Below are positions 41,043-49,944 of a DNA stretch of 54,056 bases, piece after piece. The translations under genes and the position numbers were made by a program. Within the stretch, counting starts at the first letter, position 1. Every line of letters begins with the position of its first letter. Origin of the DNA: Ignavibacteriales bacterium (GTDB taxonomy: Bacteria > Bacteroidota > Ignavibacteria > Ignavibacteriales > Melioribacteraceae); assembly GCA_016234355.1 (NCBI GenBank), contig JACRFC010000213.1:1-54056 (forward strand). Direction: 5' to 3'. Under the pieces are notes generated by a model, which was not told the origin of the DNA, searched no databases, and saw only the letters and a program-made list of their open reading frames with translations.

Positions 41043-42074
41043 TTAAAAGCTAAATATCATTATCAAAACCGCAACCCAAATTAAATTTGCAAGCGCTAAC
41101 GGAAACATAACCTTCCAACCAAGACTCATTAACTGATCATATCTAAACCGTGGTATTGACCACCTTACCCAAATAAAGAAAAACAATAACACTCCCATTT
41201 TAAATAAAAATGCAGCTACTTGAATAATAATTATTATTGTTGTACTCAAACCAAGTTTATCAATATATGGAACCTGCCAACCGCCAAGATATAAAGTAAC
41301 AATCATTCCGCAGGCAATTATCATATTTGCATATTCTGCAAGAAAAAATCCGGCAAATTTAAATGAGCTGTATTCAGTATGATAGCCTCCAACGAGTTCA
41401 GGTTCGGCTTCAGGCAGATCGAACGGCAGCCTATTTGTTTCTGCAAATGCTGATACTACAAATGTTATAAATCCTATTGGTTGAATAATTGCATTCCACA
41501 TCCAGCCGTATTGTGATGCAACAATTTTCATCGGACTTAATGACTGCGACATTAATAAAACGCCGGCAATCGAAAATCCCATCGATACTTCATAAGAGAT
41601 CATTTGAGCCGAAGAACGAATTCCGCCAAGCAAAGAATATTTACTCCCGGATGACCAGCCGGCAAATGTAATTCCATAAACACCAAGTGACGTTAATGCA
41701 AAAACATAAAGCACACCGATATTTACATCAGCAACAACCAGATTAATTTTATAACCAAAAATTTCTATTGGCGGACCAATCGGGATAACAGCATAAGTAG
41801 TAAACGAAACAAATAGCGCAATGAATGGCGCGAGCGTGTGCAACTGTTTGTTGGCAGCATCTGGAACAATATCTTCTTTAAGAAGAAGTTTGAAGACATC
41901 TGCAAAAGGTTGAAGCAATCCTAACCAGCCAACTCTATTTGGTCCAACTCTATTTTGAACCCATGCACTAATCTTTCTTTCAAAATAAACCATGTATGCA
42001 ACTGATAACAACAATAGAACTACAATGATCAAAATCTTGATCAGCGAAATAATTATTATTTCCCAAATGTTCAT
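41043..42074 (-). CDS. nuoH: NADH-quinone oxidoreductase subunit H
   Basis: 343 aa polytopic protein: ERKISAWVQNRVGPNRVG...NRLPFDLPEAEPELVGGYHTEYS. Confidence 0.95.
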   Translation of the reverse strand: MNIWEIIIISLIKILIIVVLLLLSVAYMVYFERKISAWVQNRVGPNRVGWLGLLQPFADVFKLLLKEDIVPDAANKQLHTLAPFIALFVSFTTYAVIPIGPPIEIFGYKINLVVADVNIGVLYVFALTSLGVYGITFAGWSSGSKYSLLGGIRSSAQMISYEVSMGFSIAGVLLMSQSLSPMKIVASQYGWMWNAIIQPIGFITFVVSAFAETNRLPFDLPEAEPELVGGYHTEYSSFKFAGFFLAEYANMIIACGMIVTLYLGGWQVPYIDKLGLSTTIIIIIQVAAFLFKMGVLLFFFIWVRWSIPRFRYDQLMSLGWKVMFPLALANLIWVAVLIMIFSF

Positions 42075-42089
42075 TAAACCAAACTCCGT

Positions 42090-43763
42090 TTATGCATTTG
42101 CTGTTTGTTTGATTTTTAATTGTGTACCGTGTTTTCCAACTTCATCGTAATCCAAACCTTTGAAAGCAGAAATTGTATTTGCTATATCCGCAAATACTTC
42201 TTCAGACAAATTGTATTTCATTTTAAGACCAAGCAGTTGAGAAAGAGCTACAAAAATTTTCCAGCTTGGTTTAGAATCATATTTATGTCCTTGCATCCAA
42301 CGGTCGAACTCAGTCCCAAATTTATCCCAGCGACTCATTTCCATTCCGTCTAATGCACGATCCATTTCTTCAGTTGCAACTGCAGGATAAATTCTCTGAA
42401 CTCTTCCTTGAAAGTTTACGAATGTGCCGTTCTTTTCTGCAAATGTTGATGCCGGAAAAACTATATCTGCTAATGCTGTCGTTCTATTTTCATTTGAGGC
42501 ATGCACAATTAAGAGATCAAGATTTCCAATTGTTGATTCCCATTCTCCATCAAACGAAATAACATCTTCTTCCATTACATACAGCGCTTTTATTTTTCTT
42601 TCTTTAATTGCTTTTAAAATTGCTAAGATATTCATTCCGCTTGAACCGGGCTGAACTCCGACTAATTCTGCACCAAGTGAATTTGGAGTTTTGTCTTCGC
42701 GTATAAGTATATCATCTTGATCACCTGAAATAATATGATCAGCATAATCAATATTTGCAACACCAAGTGACTTCGCAAATTTTACAAACGCATAATTGTC
42801 TTCACAAGTTGAATAAGCTGAACCTATGAATGCGATCTCTCCGCTTTTATAATCTTTCAAACTTTTTGCAGCAACATGTAATGCTTCATTCCAGGAAACT
42901 TTTTGAAGTTGTCCTTCACTACGAATGTAAGTTCCGTCAATACGATTTCCGGCGTTTACATTCTTAAATGTTTCAAGTCTTCCTTTATCGCACATCCAGT
43001 AGCTGTTAACATCTTCGTTATGTCTTGGTGTTAATCTTAATATCTCATTGTTTCGGACCCAAACTTCCGTATTGCATCCGCGTGAACATCCGATACAAAC
43101 AGAATCTGTCTTAGACATTTCCCATACGCGCGATTTAAATCTAAAATCTTGATTAGTAAGTGCGCCGACAGGACAAATATCAGTTGTATTAAGTGTGTAA
43201 GGATTATCAAACGACTCACCGGGAAAAGTGGTAATCGTTACTTTATCTCCGCGCTGCACAAATGTAAGTTGATTCTTCTTTGCAATTTCATCTGAGAATC
43301 GGATACAACGGGAACACATAATACATCTATCACCATCAAACTTAATATGAGGACCTAATTGAACGCGTTTTTCTTTTCTAACTTTAATTTCTTCGAACCG
43401 GCTTTCACCACGGCTGTGTTGATAAGCATAATCTTGAAGTTTACATTCGCCTGCTTCATCGCAGATTGGGCAATCGAGCGGATGATTGATGAGAATGAAT
43501 TCCATCACGGCGTTTCGTGCCTCTACAGTTTTTTGCGATTGTGTATGAACTACCATTCCTTCAGCAGCATAAGTTGAACACGAAATTGCAAGCTTAGGCA
43601 TCTTTTCAATTTCCACTAAACAAATTCGGCAATTACCGGAAATTGATAAACTCGGATGCCAGCAAAAATGGGGAATTTCAATTCCGGCAAAACGAGATGC
43701 TTCAATTATTGTTTGTCCTTGTTTAAATTCTATCTGTTTTCCGTCAACAGTAAATGTCGGCAT
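42090..43763 (-). CDS. nuoG: NADH-quinone oxidoreductase subunit G (short form)
   Basis: N-terminal 2Fe-2S (C..SGNCRICLVE), HPLDCPICDEAGECKLQD, CIMCSRCIRF, then a molybdopterin-oxidoreductase-like domain. The ATG at 43763 with a GAGGAAAG SD is preferred over the TTG at 43781. Confidence 0.85.
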   Translation of the reverse strand: MPTFTVDGKQIEFKQGQTIIEASRFAGIEIPHFCWHPSLSISGNCRICLVEIEKMPKLAISCSTYAAEGMVVHTQSQKTVEARNAVMEFILINHPLDCPICDEAGECKLQDYAYQHSRGESRFEEIKVRKEKRVQLGPHIKFDGDRCIMCSRCIRFSDEIAKKNQLTFVQRGDKVTITTFPGESFDNPYTLNTTDICPVGALTNQDFRFKSRVWEMSKTDSVCIGCSRGCNTEVWVRNNEILRLTPRHNEDVNSYWMCDKGRLETFKNVNAGNRIDGTYIRSEGQLQKVSWNEALHVAAKSLKDYKSGEIAFIGSAYSTCEDNYAFVKFAKSLGVANIDYADHIISGDQDDILIREDKTPNSLGAELVGVQPGSSGMNILAILKAIKERKIKALYVMEEDVISFDGEWESTIGNLDLLIVHASNENRTTALADIVFPASTFAEKNGTFVNFQGRVQRIYPAVATEEMDRALDGMEMSRWDKFGTEFDRWMQGHKYDSKPSWKIFVALSQLLGLKMKYNLSEEVFADIANTISAFKGLDYDEVGKHGTQLKIKQTANA

Positions 43764-43773
43764 ATCACTTTCC

Positions 43774-45024
43774 TCATGCAACTTTATGAAGCAATGGGTT
43801 TTTCGAAGACAAAATTACTCTTGTTAGGGTACCATTTTCAAATATTTCGTTGGATAAATCTCGAATATCTTTCGACGTTACAGTTTTGATATGTTTAACT
43901 GTTTCTTCAACTGATTTAATTTTATTAAAGTAAATCATTGATTGGGCGATTCTTAACATTCTATTAGTAGTACTTTCCAAACTCATCAGCATATTACCAA
44001 TTAAATATTCTTTCGCTCTATCTAATTCTATAAGACCAACTTTTTTCTTTTTAATCTTTTCAATTTCTTCATAGATTAAATCTTGAGCTTTATTAACCGA
44101 TTTATCATTAGTTGAAAGATAAATGCCGAATGTTGAAATATCGAAAAAAGAATTAAGGAATGAATTTATTTGATAAGCAATTCCGTTCTCTTCTCTAACC
44201 TTTTGAAAGAGACGTGAGCTGCTTCCCTCGCCTAAAATATGTGAAAGCACACTTACTTTAACCCGGCTTTTTTCTTTGTGACCGTAAGTTGATCTTCCTA
44301 AAATATAATGAACTTGTTGAGTCACTTTTGAAACATGTAGATCGCTGGTTGGATTAACAATCAGTTCTCGTTTATTATCATTTGTTGCTTTGAGATTTTT
44401 AGAAATGTATTTCTTTGCAAATTTGATCAGATCTTTATGCTCAATATTTCCCGAAGCTACAATGTAGAAATGATCACGGGTATAATTTTCATTTACATAT
44501 TTAAATAAATCTTTTTGTTTGAAGCTGCGCAGATTTTTTTCTGTTCCAATTATTGGCATACCCAAAGAATTGCCATGAAAAATATTGCTTTCAAATTTAT
44601 CGAAGATCAATTCATCGGGAGAATCTTCTATATCATATAATTCATCAATAACTACCGCAGATTCTTTTTCAATTTCTTTCGGATCGAAAACAGAATTTTG
44701 AACCATGTCGGCAAGAACTTCAAAAGTTTTTTCTACGTGATCGCTTAATCCTCTTCCATAAAAACATGTATGTTCTTTTGATGTGAACGCATTTAAATAA
44801 CCGCCGAGCGATTCAATATCTTCAGCAATTTTCTTTGCAGATCGTTTTTTCGTTCCTTTGAAGAACATGTGTTCAAGAAAATGACTTATGCCGCTGTTCT
44901 CTTCTGTTTCATCCCGCGAACCTACATTAAACCAAAATCCGAGTGAAAATGATTTAACGTAATTTATTTTTTCTGAAATGATTTTTATTCCGTTTGGCAG
45001 TTCGGTTGAATTTATATTTTTCAA
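43774..45024 (-). CDS. M16 (pitrilysin) family zinc peptidase
   Basis: 416 aa with the HFLEHMFFKGT inverted zinc motif (HxxEH). TTG start with no obvious SD. Confidence 0.85.
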   Translation of the reverse strand: MKNINSTELPNGIKIISEKINYVKSFSLGFWFNVGSRDETEENSGISHFLEHMFFKGTKKRSAKKIAEDIESLGGYLNAFTSKEHTCFYGRGLSDHVEKTFEVLADMVQNSVFDPKEIEKESAVVIDELYDIEDSPDELIFDKFESNIFHGNSLGMPIIGTEKNLRSFKQKDLFKYVNENYTRDHFYIVASGNIEHKDLIKFAKKYISKNLKATNDNKRELIVNPTSDLHVSKVTQQVHYILGRSTYGHKEKSRVKVSVLSHILGEGSSSRLFQKVREENGIAYQINSFLNSFFDISTFGIYLSTNDKSVNKAQDLIYEEIEKIKKKKVGLIELDRAKEYLIGNMLMSLESTTNRMLRIAQSMIYFNKIKSVEETVKHIKTVTSKDIRDLSNEIFENGTLTRVILSSKNPLLHKVA

Positions 45025-45063
45025 TTAGGGATTTCTATTATAGTTAAGAAAAAATGTGGGACA

Positions 45064-45092
45064 AATATAGAGAAGTAGCAATTGTCTATCAA
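45064..45092 (-). promoter_or_regulatory. Candidate promoter for the M16 peptidase-nuoGHI unit (TTGATA-17 nt-TATATT)
   Basis: The minus strand reads TTGATA GACAATTGCTACTTCTC TATATT. Motif match only. Confidence 0.3.
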
Positions 45093-45112
45093 ATGAGTGC
45101 AGAGTGCAGAAC

Positions 45113-45162
45113 GTAGAGCGAAGAACTTTTTTCCATTCTACACTATACGTTCTTCGCTCTAC
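45113..45162. repeat. 14-bp perfect inverted repeat (gtagagcgaagaac / gttcttcgctctac) with a 22-nt loop
   Basis: Arms at 45113-45126 and 45149-45162. The right arm contains the stop codon of the aminotransferase relic. Confidence 0.7.
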
Positions 45163-45239
45163 ACTTTTACTGCAAATTTCTCTACATACTTTTCATGAAA
45201 CTGTGCAATTGCTTTGTAAGCTTTCTCCAAAATATTTTC
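45131..45239. repeat. Direct repeat copy 1 (partner at 52983-53092)
   Basis: Aligns by eye with the 3' end and downstream flank of the aminotransferase gene. A 29-nt block, gctttgtaagctttctccaaaatattttc, is identical in both copies. Confidence 0.8.
45159..45239 (-). pseudogene. Relic of the last 26 codons of a class I aminotransferase gene
   Basis: The rc translation ENILEKAYKAIAQFHEKYVEKFAVKV* compares with ENILEKAYKAITQFHVKYVEKFALKV* at the end of the intact gene at 53012 (23/26 identical). Homology stops abruptly at 45239/45240. Confidence 0.75.
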
Positions 45240-45245
45240 TTTTTT

Positions 45246-45287
45246 TTGAACAAGTTGTTGACACTATGCATATTTTATTTTTATCTT
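45246..45287 (+). promoter_or_regulatory. Candidate trp operon promoter region
   Basis: Two overlapping matches: TTGAAC-17-CATATT (45246-45274) and TTGACA-18-TATCTT (45258-45287). Either leaves a very short or absent 5' UTR before the leader ATG. Confidence 0.3.
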
Positions 45288-45296
45288 TGTCACAAG

Positions 45297-45386
45297 ATGA
45301 AAACACTGAACAGCACATATAACACACTCGTCAGCAGAAATTGGTTCTGGTGGTGGCATAATTCTACAATAGCAGACTCAGTGTAA
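45297..45386 (+). CDS. trpL: trp operon leader peptide (29 aa, four Trp in five consecutive codons)
   Basis: atg...tgg ttc tgg tgg tgg... translates to MKTLNSTYNTLVSRNWFWWWHNSTIADSV*. It lies 80 nt upstream of trpE and is followed by an intrinsic terminator. Confidence 0.75.
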   Translation: MKTLNSTYNTLVSRNWFWWWHNSTIADSV

Positions 45387-45413
45387 CTAAACCAATTTTA
45401 ATTTGAACTCTCG

Positions 45414-45450
45414 AAACCCTTCTTAGTAAACACTGAGAAGGGTTTTTTGT
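45414..45450 (+). terminator. Intrinsic terminator (attenuator) between the leader peptide and trpE
   Basis: AAACCCTTCT-12 nt loop-AGAAGGGTTT followed by TTTTGTTTT. It ends 16 nt before the trpE ATG. Confidence 0.75.
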
Positions 45451-45465
45451 TTTATAGGATAATTT

Positions 45466-46944
45466 ATGAACTACAATTTATTTACAAAGTTCGCAGCAGG
45501 TTACAACATCGTCCCGGTTTATAAAATCATTTCGGCGGATTTACTAACACCGGTTGCAGCTTACTTAAAAATTCGCGAAGATAATACTACTTCCTTTCTT
45601 CTTGAATCTGTTGAAGGAATCGGAAGATTAGCCCGCTACTCTTTTATCGGAATGAATCCTTCCGGGATCATTTCCAATTATGGGAATGAACTTATACTGA
45701 AATCAAAAAACGGTACGGAAAAAAGCAGCCGTAATCTATTCGATTATTTAAAAGAACAGATAAATAATTTCAGTCACCCGGCTATAGAACAGCTTCCCTA
45801 TTTCACCGGCGGAATTGTTGGATACATCGGGTTCGAAAATATTTCGCTTATCGAAGATTCTATTGAATTCTCCGGCGAAGATAAACTTGACGTTCCCGAT
45901 TCCATACTTGGTTTGTACAAAACCATCATTGTATTCGATCATTTCAAACACCAAATTATTTTAATTACCAACATTGATACAAAGGACAAGAACAATCTTC
46001 AGATGAAATATGATTCCGCAGTTGAGCAGCTTGATCAATTACGGGTAAAACTTTCTAAAACAATTTCTTACAAATCCGATTTTAAATCGTTCTCAAACAC
46101 AATCTCCGAAAAAGAAGAAAAGGATTTTTGTGAACTCGTGGAAAAAAGCAAACAGAACATTTTACAAGGAGATGTATTTCAAATTGTTCTCTCAAAAAGA
46201 TTTCAAGCCGGCTACGAAGGCGATCCATTCAATGTTTACCGCGCACTGCGCATGATAAATCCTTCGCCGTATATGTACTTCATGGAATTCGAAAACGATT
46301 TAAAAATAATCGGAACTTCGCCGGAAGATTTGTTAAAAGTTAAAAATAGAAAAGCTGAAATCTTACCAATTGCGGGAACAAGACGTCGCGGTAAAAACGA
46401 AGATGAAGATTCCTTATTAGAAAAAGATTTGATGAACGATCCGAAAGAAATTGCAGAGCATGTTATGCTTGTTGACCTTGCACGAAACGATCTGGGAAGA
46501 GTTTGCGAGTTTGATTCGATTCATCTTTCGGAAAAAATGAGAATAAATAAATTTTCACATGTTATGCATATCGTCTCAAGAGTTGAAGGAATTCTCCGCG
46601 TTGATAAAGATTGTATTGATGCGCTCAAGGCATCTTTTCCGGCGGGCACGGTTACCGGCGCTCCGAAGATCCGCGCTATTCAGCTCATCAATGAATATGA
46701 AAATTTACGGAGAGGAATTTATGCGGGTGCTGTCGGCTACATTGACTTCAGCGGCAACCTCGATATGTGCATTGCAATCCGTACATTGTTTGCAAAAGAA
46801 AATAAAATTTACTGGCAAGCCGGTGCCGGAATTGTTGCAGACAGCAAACCGGAATTGGAGCTAAAAGAAATAAAAAATAAATCTGCTGTTTTATCAAGCG
46901 CTTTGAAATGCGCAGAGGTAATAGATGAAAATCTTGGTAATTGA
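45466..46944 (+). CDS. trpE: Anthranilate synthase component I
   Basis: 492 aa: LLESVEG...NPSPYMYF...[13 protein letters not shown]. Confidence 0.95.
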   Translation: MNYNLFTKFAAGYNIVPVYKIISADLLTPVAAYLKIREDNTTSFLLESVEGIGRLARYSFIGMNPSGIISNYGNELILKSKNGTEKSSRNLFDYLKEQINNFSHPAIEQLPYFTGGIVGYIGFENISLIEDSIEFSGEDKLDVPDSILGLYKTIIVFDHFKHQIILITNIDTKDKNNLQMKYDSAVEQLDQLRVKLSKTISYKSDFKSFSNTISEKEEKDFCELVEKSKQNILQGDVFQIVLSKRFQAGYEGDPFNVYRALRMINPSPYMYFMEFENDLKIIGTSPEDLLKVKNRKAEILPIAGTRRRGKNEDEDSLLEKDLMNDPKEIAEHVMLVDLARNDLGRVCEFDSIHLSEKMRINKFSHVMHIVSRVEGILRVDKDCIDALKASFPAGTVTGAPKIRAIQLINEYENLRRGIYAGAVGYIDFSGNLDMCIAIRTLFAKENKIYWQAGAGIVADSKPELELKEIKNKSAVLSSALKCAEVIDENLGN

Positions 46945-47491
46945 TAATTACGATTCCTTCACTTTCAATCTCGTGCAGTTGGTCGGGCACTTCACAAAAG
47001 AAATAATTGTGAAGCGGAATGACAAAACTTCACTCGATGAAATAAATGATTTGCATCCGGATAAAATTATTATTTCACCGGGTCCCGGCACTCCAAAAGA
47101 ATCCGGCTTATCACTTGAAGTAATAAAACAGTTTGGGCAAAAAATACCGCTGCTTGGAGTCTGTCTCGGTCATCAAGGAATTGGTTATGTTTTCGGCGGA
47201 AAAATTGTCCGCGCCCCTGTTCTTATGCACGGAAAAACTTCAAAGATATTACACGACGGGAAAAAAATTTATTCGAACATTCCGCAATATTTTGATGCCG
47301 GTCGTTATCATTCTTTGATTATTGATAGAGAAACCCTTCCGGAAGTTTTAGAGATAACATCACAGACAGAAGATAAAATTATTATGGGAGTCCGTCATAA
47401 AAATTATCCGATTGAAGGAATACAATTTCATCCGGAGTCAATTTTAACAAATGTCGGTCATCAATTAATAGAAAACTGGTTGACACTATGA
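46925..47491 (+). CDS. trpG: Anthranilate synthase component II (glutamine amidotransferase)
   Basis: 188 aa: GPGTP...LLGVCLGHQ...IQFHPES. Overlaps trpE by 20 nt. Confidence 0.95.
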   Translation: MKILVIDNYDSFTFNLVQLVGHFTKEIIVKRNDKTSLDEINDLHPDKIIISPGPGTPKESGLSLEVIKQFGQKIPLLGVCLGHQGIGYVFGGKIVRAPVLMHGKTSKILHDGKKIYSNIPQYFDAGRYHSLIIDRETLPEVLEITSQTEDKIIMGVRHKNYPIEGIQFHPESILTNVGHQLIENWLTL

Positions 47492-48510
47492 TAAAAAATT
47501 ATATCGAAAAAATTGCAGAGCGGAAAAACTTAACTTTGCAAGACGCATATAATGTAATGCATAAAATTATGAGCGGAGAAGTAAACGAAGCACAAATTGC
47601 CGCTTTACTAATTGCATTAAAAACGAAAGGAGAAACTCCGGAAGAAGTTGCAGGCTTTGCTTTAGCTATGCGCAATTTCTGCGTGAAGATCTGTCACGAA
47701 GACAAAAATATGATTGATGTTTGCGGAACCGGCGGAGACGGATCTAATACATTTAATATTTCGACTGCTGTTTCTTTTGTTGTTGCGGGTGCCGGAATAA
47801 AAGTGGCTAAACACGGCAACAGATCAATTTCCAGTAAAAGCGGAAGCGCAGATGTTTTAACCGAGCTCGGAATAAATATTAATCTTTCCCCTTCTCAATC
47901 AGAACAAGCGTTAACTGAAATCGGAATAGCATTTTTATTTGCGCCGAATTTTCATCCTGCAATGAAATATGCAGCACCCGTTAGAAAAGCGCTTGGCATA
48001 AAAACAATCTTTAACATACTCGGTCCGCTGACAAATCCAGCCGGTACAAAAAAACAATTAATAGGAGTTTACAACTTAAGAACAGCGCAATTAATGGCAG
48101 AAGCTGCGAAACATCTTGATATGGAAAAAGTTTACTTCGTTAATACATTAAACAGCTTCGATGAAATTTCTTTGACCGGTGAAACTGATGTGATTGAATA
48201 TTCTTCAGATTACGGGATTAAAAATTTTAGAGTAAATCAAGATTCTTTCGGATATACAAAAATTGATATTGAAAAAATTCAAAGTGATTCCATACTCAAT
48301 AATTCAAAAATCATGCTTTCGGTTTTGAAAGATAAAATAAAGAATGAAGCTTATTATGTTGTAGCTGCAAACGCTGCGCTGGCTCTTCATATTGCCGGAA
48401 ATTCTGATGACTTGATTGCATGCAGGGATGCTGCTGAAGAATCAATCCTTTCCGGAAAAGCTTTTGAAAAGTTAAATGCATTAAAAAAATTCGGAGAAAA
48501 ATTCCAATGA
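47488..48510 (+). CDS. trpD: Anthranilate phosphoribosyltransferase
   Basis: 340 aa: DVCGTGGDGSNTFNISTA...KHGNRSISSKSGSAD. Confidence 0.95.
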   Translation: MIKNYIEKIAERKNLTLQDAYNVMHKIMSGEVNEAQIAALLIALKTKGETPEEVAGFALAMRNFCVKICHEDKNMIDVCGTGGDGSNTFNISTAVSFVVAGAGIKVAKHGNRSISSKSGSADVLTELGININLSPSQSEQALTEIGIAFLFAPNFHPAMKYAAPVRKALGIKTIFNILGPLTNPAGTKKQLIGVYNLRTAQLMAEAAKHLDMEKVYFVNTLNSFDEISLTGETDVIEYSSDYGIKNFRVNQDSFGYTKIDIEKIQSDSILNNSKIMLSVLKDKIKNEAYYVVAANAALALHIAGNSDDLIACRDAAEESILSGKAFEKLNALKKFGEKFQ

Positions 48511-49289
48511 GTTTTTTGAACAAAATACTTGAAGTGAAAAAAGAAGAAATAAAAAAACTGAAAGCGGAACGTACTCTAAATTCTTTCGGCGATGAAAAAT
48601 TTTTCTCGGCACCAACAAAAAGTTTGAGAAACTCTCTCAACAGAAAAGACCGGCTCGGTTTGATTGCAGAAATTAAAAAAGCAAGTCCGTCAAAAGGTGT
48701 AATCAAACCGGATTTTGATCATATGAAAATTGCAGAGGTATATTTGAAATGCGGAACAGATGCGATCTCAATACTTACCGATAAGAATTTTTTCCAGGGT
48801 GATATCCGCTACATTAGCGACATAGCTGAAATAAAAAATGTTCCTCTTCTCCGCAAAGATTTTATTATTGATGAGTATCAGATTTTCGAAGCAAAAGCAT
48901 TTGGCTCCGATGCCGTTTTATTAATTGCCGAAGCTTTATCGGCAATGCAAATAAAAGAATTATCGTATGCGGCAGCGGAATGCAATTTGGAAGTTTTGCT
49001 TGAATTTCATTCGGCTTCTCAATTGTCCAAAATTGATTTCAAAACAAATAATCTTATTGGTATTAACAACCGTGATCTTGAAACATTTGAAGTGAACCTT
49101 AACGCAACCTTAGAACTTTCAAAAAAAATTCCGCATGAAGTAATAGTTACATCAGAAAGCGGATTGTCCTCGGAATCTGAAATTAAAAAAATATTGGAAG
49201 CGAACGTAAAAGCCGTTTTAGTCGGCGAACATTTTATGTTGTCAAAAAATATAGAAGAAAGTGTGAATGAATTTTTACGCTGGTCTTAA
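48507..49289 (+). CDS. trpC: Indole-3-glycerol phosphate synthase
   Basis: 260 aa: IAEIKKASPSKG...LRKDFIIDEYQI...GINNRDL. Confidence 0.95.
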   Translation: MSFLNKILEVKKEEIKKLKAERTLNSFGDEKFFSAPTKSLRNSLNRKDRLGLIAEIKKASPSKGVIKPDFDHMKIAEVYLKCGTDAISILTDKNFFQGDIRYISDIAEIKNVPLLRKDFIIDEYQIFEAKAFGSDAVLLIAEALSAMQIKELSYAAAECNLEVLLEFHSASQLSKIDFKTNNLIGINNRDLETFEVNLNATLELSKKIPHEVIVTSESGLSSESEIKKILEANVKAVLVGEHFMLSKNIEESVNEFLRWS

Positions 49290-49326
49290 TTTTCAAATCA
49301 ATACAAATAGAAACGGCAACAAAATT

Positions 49327-49944
49327 ATGCAAGTAAAAATTTGCGGAACAACTAATCTTGAAGACGCTTTACTAAGTGTTGAACTTGGAGCAGACGCGCT
49401 TGGATTTATTTTTTATGAAAAGAGTAAACGCTTTGTTCAGTACAGTGCAGCCGAAGCTATAATCAAACAATTGCCAAACTCTGTTTTGAAAGTCGGAGTT
49501 TTTGTGAACAGCACAATAGAAGAAGTAAATTCTGCTGCAGATAAAATTGGTTTATCCGCAGTTCAGCTTCATGGCAAGGAAAGTCCTTTCTACACAAAGC
49601 AAATTGAGATGCCGGTTATAAAAAGTTTTAGAGTTGATAACAAATTTGATTTTGCACTTCTTGATGAATATGAAAACTGTTCTTTATTGCTCGATAATTT
49701 TTCCGAGAAAGAATATGGCGGCACCGGAAAATCTTTTGATTGGACTTTAATACCGGAAAAACTAAAAGATAGAATCATTCTTGCCGGAGGAGTTTCGTCA
49801 AAAAATATCGAAGAGATTTTCACACACATCAAGCCGCAAGCAGTTGATCTTGTCTCTTCCGTTGAAAAATTTCCAGGCAAGAAGGATGAAGAAAAACTAA
49901 AAGAATTTTTTAACATCGTAAATAAGTTGAGGAATAAATGCTGA
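49327..49944 (+). CDS. trpF: Phosphoribosylanthranilate isomerase
   Basis: MQVKICGTTNLEDA...VQLHG...LAGG. The track ORF is trimmed to the ATG at 49327. Confidence 0.9.
   Translation: MQVKICGTTNLEDALLSVELGADALGFIFYEKSKRFVQYSAAEAIIKQLPNSVLKVGVFVNSTIEEVNSAADKIGLSAVQLHGKESPFYTKQIEMPVIKSFRVDNKFDFALLDEYENCSLLLDNFSEKEYGGTGKSFDWTLIPEKLKDRIILAGGVSSKNIEEIFTHIKPQAVDLVSSVEKFPGKKDEEKLKEFFNIVNKLRNKC

Noticed and set aside
43764-43781. TTG-initiated 6-codon extension of nuoG (MHEESD)
   Set aside because: It would overlap the M16 peptidase stop region. The ATG at 43763 has a GAGGAAAG SD and gives the canonical MPTFTVDGK N-terminus.
45104-45386. Track ORFs 45104-45322 (72 aa) and 45195-45386 (63 aa)
   Set aside because: Both begin inside the aminotransferase relic and inverted repeat, upstream of the promoter matches. 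Only the last 29 codons of the second ORF (from the ATG at 45297) make biological sense, as the Trp-rich leader peptide.
45240-45465. TRAP-binding (GAG/UAG triplet repeats) or T-box riboswitch control of the trp operon
   Set aside because: No series of 9-11 spaced GAG/TAG triplets is visible, nor any T-box specifier or T-box sequence. The Trp-rich leader peptide plus terminator explains the region.
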